Of a stretch of DNA of 64,000 nucleotides, positions 57,136-64,000 are shown in pieces. Source of the stretch: Hormiphora californensis (lineage: Eukaryota > Animalia > Ctenophora); the NCBI GenBank assembly GCA_020137815.1, contig CM035352.1, positions 2,046,001 through 2,110,000 of the forward strand, read 5' to 3'. The notes under the pieces were generated by a model. That model was not told the DNA's origin. It ran no database searches and saw nothing but the letters and a program-made list of their open reading frames with translations. The position numbers and the translations under genes were made by a program. How positions within the stretch are numbered: the first letter of the stretch is position 1; the number at the start of each line of letters is the position of its first letter.

Positions 57136-57954
57136 ATGGAACGTACAGATATCTTTGCAGTACTTGATATGAAGACACAGCGTGCGATGGAGCTGTGCTC
57201 CGAACCCGGTGCTTCTAGTTGGCTAACTGCTCGACCGCTGCAGAAACTGGGCCATGAGCTCAACCAGGTTGAGTTTGTCGATGCCATTCGGCTCAGATAC
57301 GGCTTCCACTTCCCGGACCTGATAGGGAAATGCGGCTGTGGGGCACAAAACACCAGTGACCACGCCTTGATCTGCAAGGTTGGAGGCTTTGATATGTGGA
57401 GACATGACCACCTTCGGGATACCTTAGCCGATATCCTTCGGTATGCGGGATTTAAACCCGTTAACACTGAACAGCCAATGTTGCCCTGTGACGGATTCAA
57501 CCTGCCAATCAGTGCAAATATCAAAGCCGAAGCACGAATGGACATAGTCTGTCGTGGCTTATGGTCTGACATGCAGGCCAGTTTCATGGATGTACGGGTG
57601 TTCCATCCTAATGCCCCATCCTACCTGAAGATGCCCATCACGAACCTGTATAAACAGCACCAAAATCAGAAGAAACTTGCCTATATGCGAAGGGTGCAAG
57701 AAGTGGAGCAGGGTTCCTTCACGCCCCTCGTATTCTCCACGTCGGGAGGTTTTGCCGGAGAAGTAGGGAAGGTTTTGGAGCGAGCGGCCAGGAAGATCTG
57801 TGACAGGCACAAGGAGAGTTACGCTGAAACCATGTCCTTCATCCGAGAAAAGACACGATTCAGTTTGTTAAGATCAACTCTTGTTGCGCTTCGGGGAACC
57901 AAGAGAAGGGTTGTCCCAGTCAGTGTGGAAGATGTAGACTTTCGAGACAAGTGA
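57136..57954 (+). mobile_element. CRE-clade non-LTR retrotransposon C-terminus (CCHC zinc knuckle + restriction-like endonuclease); open 272-aa frame, no RT
   Basis: GASSWL, EFVDAIRLRYG, CGCG...HALICKVGG...RHDHLRD, EARMDI..RGLW, FMDVRVFHPNAPSY, KKLAY, FTPLVFSTSGG. Confidence 0.85.
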
Positions 57955-58719
57955 GCAGAGAGAGGGAGTATGAGAGTATGACGGTGTGTGGGTAATTTAT
58001 TATAATTTATTGTTTTCTAAAATCTGTAAAAATCTCCAAATTTCGTCGTTTTCGTGATTTCGAAATTCCAAGCTCAATTTGACCCAGACTTTTTTAAAAA
58101 AGTGTGCATTTTTAAAAAAAAGTGTGCATTTTTGTTTTGACTTTTGCTTTCCTAAGAACGACTTCCCAAACAATAAAAAACCTTCGGAAAGGCGAATTTA
58201 TGATTCTCCCGTCATTGATAAGTAAAAAATGCCAGCAAACAGTCTATGGTATGCGATTGGTTGTCCTCTGACCGTCAGGCCCTATTTGGAATTCTGGAAA
58301 AAAAGGGCATATATGGCGTCTGGCGAGTACTAAACTTTGCAGTTACTATAAAATTGATGGAAGAGGTGGAGTTGGAGGGTTATGTGAATAAAAAAGGTTT
58401 GTTCTAGCCTCTAGGTATTGACTTCAAGCCACGGCTCTCTTTTCATTTCTTCCCCTTCTTGTCAGCACGGGTCCACTGACAGAAGTGTCAAAATGGGTAA
58501 TGGGCTACCAAAAACGAATTTCTAACGACCAAATCCCATTCAGGAGTACCTCTGGCTATTAATTAATTAATGTGCCACCACCGGGCACCGAGAGTTACGA
58601 TGGTGTGTTCGACTACCACATGCGGCATGGGACAGTCCACTTCTTCTGTTGACCCTCATCTGGATATATCTCCATGATAGGTTAGTGTGTTATGCGTACA
58701 GCTACCCCAAGCGCCACTA

Positions 58720-60437
58720 CCCCTTCCCTTCCCTTCCCTTCCCTTCCCTTCCCTTCCCTTCCCTTCCCTTCCCTTCCCTTCCCTTCCCTTCCCTTCCCTT
58801 CCCTTCCCTTCCCTTCCCTTCCCTTCCCTTCCCTTCCCTTCCCTTCCCTTCCCTTCCCTTCCCTTCCCTTCCCTTCCCTTCCTTCCCTTCCCTTCCCTTC
58901 CCTTCCCTTCCCTTCCCTTCCCTTCCCTTCCCTTCCCTTCCCTTCCCTTCCCTTCCCTTCCCTTCCCTTCCCTTCCCTTCCTTCCCTTCCCTTCCCTTCC
59001 CTTCCCTTCCCTTCCCTTCCCTTCCCTTCCCTTCCCTTCCCTTCCCTTCCCTTCCCTTCCCTTCCCTTCCCTTCCCTTCCCTTCCCTTCCCTTCCCTTCC
59101 CTTCCCTTCCCTTCCCTTCCCTTCCCTTCCCTTCCCTTCCCTTCCCTTCCCTTCCCTTCCCTTCCCTTCCCTTCCTTCCCTTCCCTTCCCTTCCCTTCCC
59201 TTCCCTTCCCTTCCCTTCCCTTCCCTTCCCTTCCCTTCCCTTCCCTTCCCTTCCCTTCCCTTCCCTTCCCTTCCCTTCCCTTCCCTTCCCTTCCCTTCCC
59301 TTCCCTTCCCTTCCCTTCCCTTCCCTTCCCTTCCCTTCCCTTCCCTTCCCTTCCCTTCCCTTCCCTTCCCTTCCCTTCCCTTCCCTTCCCTTCCCTTCCC
59401 TTCCCTTCCCTTCCCTTCCCTTCCCTTCCCTTCCCTTCCCTTCCCTTCCCTTCCCTTCCCTTCCCTTCCCTTCCCTTCCCTTCCCTTCCCTTCCCTTCCC
59501 TTCCCTTCCCTTCCCTTCCCTTCCCTTCCCTTCCCTTCCCTTCCCTTCCCTTCCCTTCCCTTCCCTTCCCTTCCCTTCCCTTCCCTTCCCTTCCTTCCCT
59601 TCCCTTCCCTTCCCTTCCCTTCCCTTCCCTTCCCTTCCCTTCCCTTCCCTTCCCTTCCCTTCCCTTCCCTTCCCTTCCCTTCCCTTCCCTTCCTTCCCTT
59701 CCCTTCCCTTCCCTTCCCTTCCCTTCCCTTCCCTTCCCTTCCCTTCCCTTCCTTCCCTTCCCTTCCCTTCCCTTCCCTTCCCTTCCCTTCCCTTCCCTTC
59801 CCTTCCCTTCCCTTCCCTTCCCTTCCCTTCCCTTCCCTTCCCTTCCCTTCCCTTCCCTTCCTTCCCTTCCCTTCCCTTCCCTTCCCTTCCCTTCCCTTCC
59901 CTTCCCTTCCCTTCCTTCCCTTCCCTTCCCTTCCCTTCCCTTCCCTTCCCCCTTCCCTTCCCCTTCCTTCCCTTCCCTTCCCTACCCTTCCTTCCCTTCC
60001 CTTCCTTCCCTTCCCTTCCTTCCTTCCCCCTTCCCCCTTTTCCTTCCCTCCCTTCCCTTCCCCTTCCCTTCCCTCCTTCCCTTCCCTTCCCTTCCCTTCC
60101 TTCCCTTCCCCTTCCTTCCCTTCCCCTTCCTTCCCTTCCTCCCTTCCCTTCCCTTCCCTTCCCTTCCCTTTCCCTTCCCTTCCCCTTTCCCTTCCCTCCC
60201 TCCCTTCCCTTCCCTTCCCTTCCCTCCCTTCCCTTCCCCTTCCCTTCTCTTCCCCCTTTCCTTCCCTCTCCTTCCCTTCCCTTCCCTTCCCCCTTCCCTT
60301 CCCTTCTCTTCCCCTCCCTTCTCTTCCCCTCCCTTCTCTTCGCCCTCCCTTCTCTTCCCCTCCCTTCCCTTCCCCTCCCTTGCCCCTCTCTCTGTCCCCC
60401 CCTTCTCTTCCCCTCCCTTCTCTTCCCCTCCCTTCCT
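58720..60437. repeat. (CCCTT)n pentanucleotide satellite, ~1.7 kb, degenerating distally
   Basis: Direct reading. Confidence 0.98.
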
Positions 60438-61627
60438 CCCTAAATTCTCCCTAAATTTATCCCTAATTTATCCCTAATTTATTCCTAATTTATTCCTAAT
60501 TTATCCATAATTTATCCTTAAATTCTCCCTAAATTCTCCCTAAATTCTCCCTAAATTCTCCCTAATTTATCCCTAATTTATCCCTAATTTATTCCTAATT
60601 TATCCCTAAATTCTCCCTAAATTCTCCCTAAATTCTCCCTAAATTCTCCCTAATTTATTCCTAATTTATTCCTAATTTATCCCTAATTTATCCCTAAATT
60701 CTCCCTAAATTCTCCCTAAATTCTCCCTAAACTCTCCCTAAATTCCCCCTAAATTCTCCCTAAATTCTCCCTAATTTATTCCTAATTTATTCCTAATTTA
60801 TCCCTAAATTCTCCCTAAATTCTCCCTAAATTCTCCCTAATTAATTCCTAATTTATTCCTAATTTATCCCTAATTTATCCCTAAATTCTCCCTAAATTCT
60901 CCCTAAATTCTCCCTAAACTCTCCCTAAATTCTCCCTAAATTCTCCCTAAATTCTCCCTAATTTATTCCTAATTTATTCCTAATTTATTCCTAATTTATC
61001 CCTAAATTCTCCCTAAATTCTCCCTAATTTATTCCTAATTTATTCCTAATTTATTCCTAATTTATTCCTAATTTTTCACTAAATTCTCCCTAAATTCTCC
61101 CTAAATTCTCCCTAAATTCTACCTAAATTCTCCCTAAATTCTCCCTAATTTATCCCTAATTTATTCCTAATTTATTCCTAATTTTTCCCTAAATTCTCCC
61201 TAAATTCTCCCTAAATTCTCCCTAAATTCTCCCTAAATTCTCCCTAAATTCTTCCTAAATTCTCCCTAAATTCTCCGTAAATTCTCCCTAAATTCTCCTT
61301 AATTTATTCCTAATGTATCCCTAATTTATCCCTAATTTCCCCTAATTTCTCCCTAATTTCCCCTAATTTCTAAATTCTACCTAAATTCTCCCTAAATTCT
61401 CCCTAATTTATCCCTAATTTATCCCTAATTTATTCCTAATTTATCCCTAAATTCTCCCTAAATTCTCCCTAAATTCTCCCTAAATTCTCCCTAAATTCTC
61501 CCTAAATTCTCCCTAAATTCTCCCTAAATTCTCCGTAAATTCTCCCTAAATTCTCCTTAATTTATTCCTAATGTATCCCTAATTTATCCCTAATTTCCCC
61601 TAATTTCTCCCTAATTTCCCCTAATTT
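60438..61627. repeat. 10/11-bp satellite (CCCTAAATTCT / CCTAATTTAT)
   Basis: Direct reading. Two unit types alternate in blocks. Confidence 0.97.
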
Positions 61628-63121
61628 GGTAACTTCTTCTGTTATTGTAACCCCTAATCCACAATTCCCTTTGTAGGTGTGATTAGAGGAGTGGTGACTG
61701 TAATCCTTTAAATTGTTGGATTCTTGCTATTTAATTGATGAGAGACAGGAAAACACAGCTATATATACCGCAAAGTGATGGAGCACATCTTGGTCCAGAT
61801 AGATCAGCCATCGGGTGTATCTTTTGCCCAGCTTATTATACTGTTTACTTCAATGGACTGTTTTTTAATTTTTATAGATGTGTGATGGGGGGAGGGCTCC
61901 CGTATTAAAACCTTATTTCCGAGAGTGCTCGGATGTACATGATAAATGCGCTCTCTGTCGCCAAAAGTACACTGTGCTATAAGGCACTTAAAACAACCAA
62001 TTACTTCAGTAGTGTCCTCTCCCTCAGTCTTCCTCTGAACCCTCGAAGTGAAAGAGTGACACTCCTCGCCATGGAAAAAGATAATCTCAAGCGAATTTAA
62101 CTCACAATCTTTGTATCTTTGTTCCGCAAGAAGCGGGAGAATTCTCTCTTGTATATAAATGTGATGATGTTTTAAATTGTTTATGTTTTTAATATATTTG
62201 CAGTGTTTACCATTTTATTATCCATATCAGTTTAAGTTACTGGTAAACAAATACAATGAATAGTGTCGTTGAATAATTAAAACATGTGTGTAGATAATTA
62301 TCTGTCTTTCTCTCTGTCTCTCCCTACCCCTCTCTACCTCTCTCTCACCCTCTTACTCGATTTCTATCTCCATTCAAACATGTTTTAAACTGTGAGTTTG
62401 ATATCGGATTACTGAAACCTTGGAAATGGTCATGAAATGAGGAAGAAATTATCAAACATGATTTAGACTATAATTGCCAGTGCTCTGTCTGGATGAAATC
62501 TGTCCAAAATAAGGTCTACTTTCCTTGCGCGCGATAGTCATAGGTCTTGCGCGCGATGAAAGTAAGCATTGTTATCGTTCTAAAAAGACGCGCACCCATG
62601 CAAGGCGCCCTAGGCTCAAAAGCCTAATTTGAAACCTATTTTGATCAAATTTTAAACTGTATCTTGTGAACACATAAATTTAAAACACTAAGGTTTTTAC
62701 TAGACTCAAATCCGATCTATCAATCAGAAATAAGAGGCATTTGTCCGTTTAACTGGCAAACAGGGGTTTAATTGGCTTCAATTAGTCATTTGACCCGGGT
62801 ACAAACACTTTTTGAAAAATTTTTTTCCACAGATCTGTTCATAAACTACCCTTCTTCACTCCTGAATAGGTCACAAAAACGTGCCTTTTTGGGGGGGTAT
62901 TTTCCCCACTAGTTGTACTGGATAGGATTGCGACGCGCATGCGACGCGCATTTTTCTAATGCAGCGCAAAAAGTTTTTAATTTTTGCCGTTCGCGTTGTC
63001 GAAAAAAAATTTAAGTCTTTCAAAATCATTTTGGTTTTTCATTCTTGAACTAGTGACCTAAGGATTGAAGACTCAGGCCTCAGAAGAGGACTCGATATGT
63101 TCCTCGTCTGGCAGCTCTCAC

Positions 63122-63285
63122 ACCTTATTTCAAACGTGCATATCTCCGGTTCCTGATGAGATAAAGACCCGAAATTTGGAGGTTATGCTGTTATGAAGAA
63201 CTTGGTATGATCTTCCTAGCCTAACCTCCTAGTTTCAAGTCTCTATCTCATCAGGAACCGGAAATATGCGCGTTTGAAATAAGGT
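63122..63285. repeat. Imperfect ~64-bp-arm inverted repeat, probably inside a larger DNA element
   Basis: ACCTTATTTCAAACG...GGAGGTTA / TAACCTCC...CGTTTGAAATAAGGT. Shares AAGTCTCTATCTCATC with the 54341 element. Confidence 0.7.
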
Positions 63286-63371
63286 CAAAAAGACCCCCCT
63301 CTCCCTTGAATAAAAAATCCGACTTTAAACAGTTATCAGGAAGTTTGGACTTGAGCCCCTTCAATTTTAGT

Positions 63372-63454
63372 CTGTACGGCGGCGCCATACCCCATTTGAT
63401 TCTCAAATTGGGAATCTGCGACAGTGCGCTCAGATGGGTCGCGGCGCCAGACAG
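63372..63454. mobile_element. CTGT...ACAG MITE with 8-bp TSD
   Basis: TSD ATTTTAGT at 63364-71 and 63455-62. Same family as 18133. Confidence 0.75.
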
Positions 63455-63660
63455 ATTTTAGTCATGTCAAGCCAATCAGAGGCCTTTTTTCGAAATCTAG
63501 GCCTCTGATTGGCTCGCAAACCGAAAAATGACCACAAATGAAGGGGCTCAAGCCTAAACTTCCCGATAAGAAAGCTTATTCCGGTTGCGTTGGATTCGTC
63601 TCGAAAAGGATATTCAGAAAAGCTCATCTCCGTGCTCCTAGGGGTTTCAGACCACAGTCA

Positions 63661-63841
63661 CAGTGCTGCTTGTAGTCGTATTACCGTAATAGAAATACAG
63701 TAAGGAGACACGCACGTTGCATAACCCACAGCAAAAAGTGCATGTGTTCAGCACGTACTAGCGCCCTGATTGGCCACGGTTGCGTGTCGTCTTACTGTAT
63801 CTCAGTTTTCCATTACCATTTTCCCACTACAAGCGATCGTG
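63661..63841. mobile_element. Second copy of the 20628 MITE (inverted)
   Basis: Reverse-complement similarity over the full length. Confidence 0.75.
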
Positions 63842-64000
63842 ATAGACCCTAGCCGACGTCCAAACAATAAGTGGCACGTCCCAGGGTTGGTTGACAGGTT
63901 ACAAAACTCGATTTATTAATTACAATTTACCTGGTAAGAGTTTGCTTTATATAACATCTCATTTTTGGTAGTGTTGGAGACGATAAAATGATTAGGAGAC

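Noticed and set aside
58649-60477. Three ~600-aa PSLPF ORFs
   Set aside because: (CCCTT)n has no stop codons in any frame; this is a satellite.
63150-63185. Hammerhead ribozyme core CTGATGA...GAAA
   Set aside because: Stem II cannot pair; the motif is part of a TE inverted repeat.

Overview
Intron-rich, repeat-rich eukaryotic (animal) DNA. The MITE families resemble repeats I recall from the ctenophore Pleurobrachia; that is recollection, not a search result. Four spliced genes can be rebuilt by hand: (1) a signal-peptide protein with about 21 Ig-like domains arranged as a duplicated 8-9-domain super-repeat (minus, ATG 13888, runs off the left edge); (2) GDAP2, macro + CRAL-TRIO (plus, 14431-20362); (3) a very large secreted protein with a mucin stalk, at least 25 thyroglobulin type-1 repeats and a VWC domain (minus, 42513-21907); (4) COPB1 (minus, 53327-44358). 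Introns and intergenic DNA hold a 3.9-kb element with Polinton/Maverick-type ends (AGTAGT termini, 6-bp TSD) carrying a RING-finger ORF and a decayed R4-like LINE; a four-level nest (COPB1 intron > Helitron > L2/CR1-type LINE > Kolobok-like MITE); several 0.3-1.4 kb near-perfect foldback elements of different superfamilies; a CRE-type REL-endonuclease ORF lacking RT; an intronless acidic membrane-anchored ORF nested in GDAP2 intron 7; and several satellites. A recurring unexplained pattern is tandem duplication across splice sites, which stacks decoy acceptors or donors next to the real ones. Regions 6.7-8.15 kb and 29.3-29.8 kb look like low-quality sequence.
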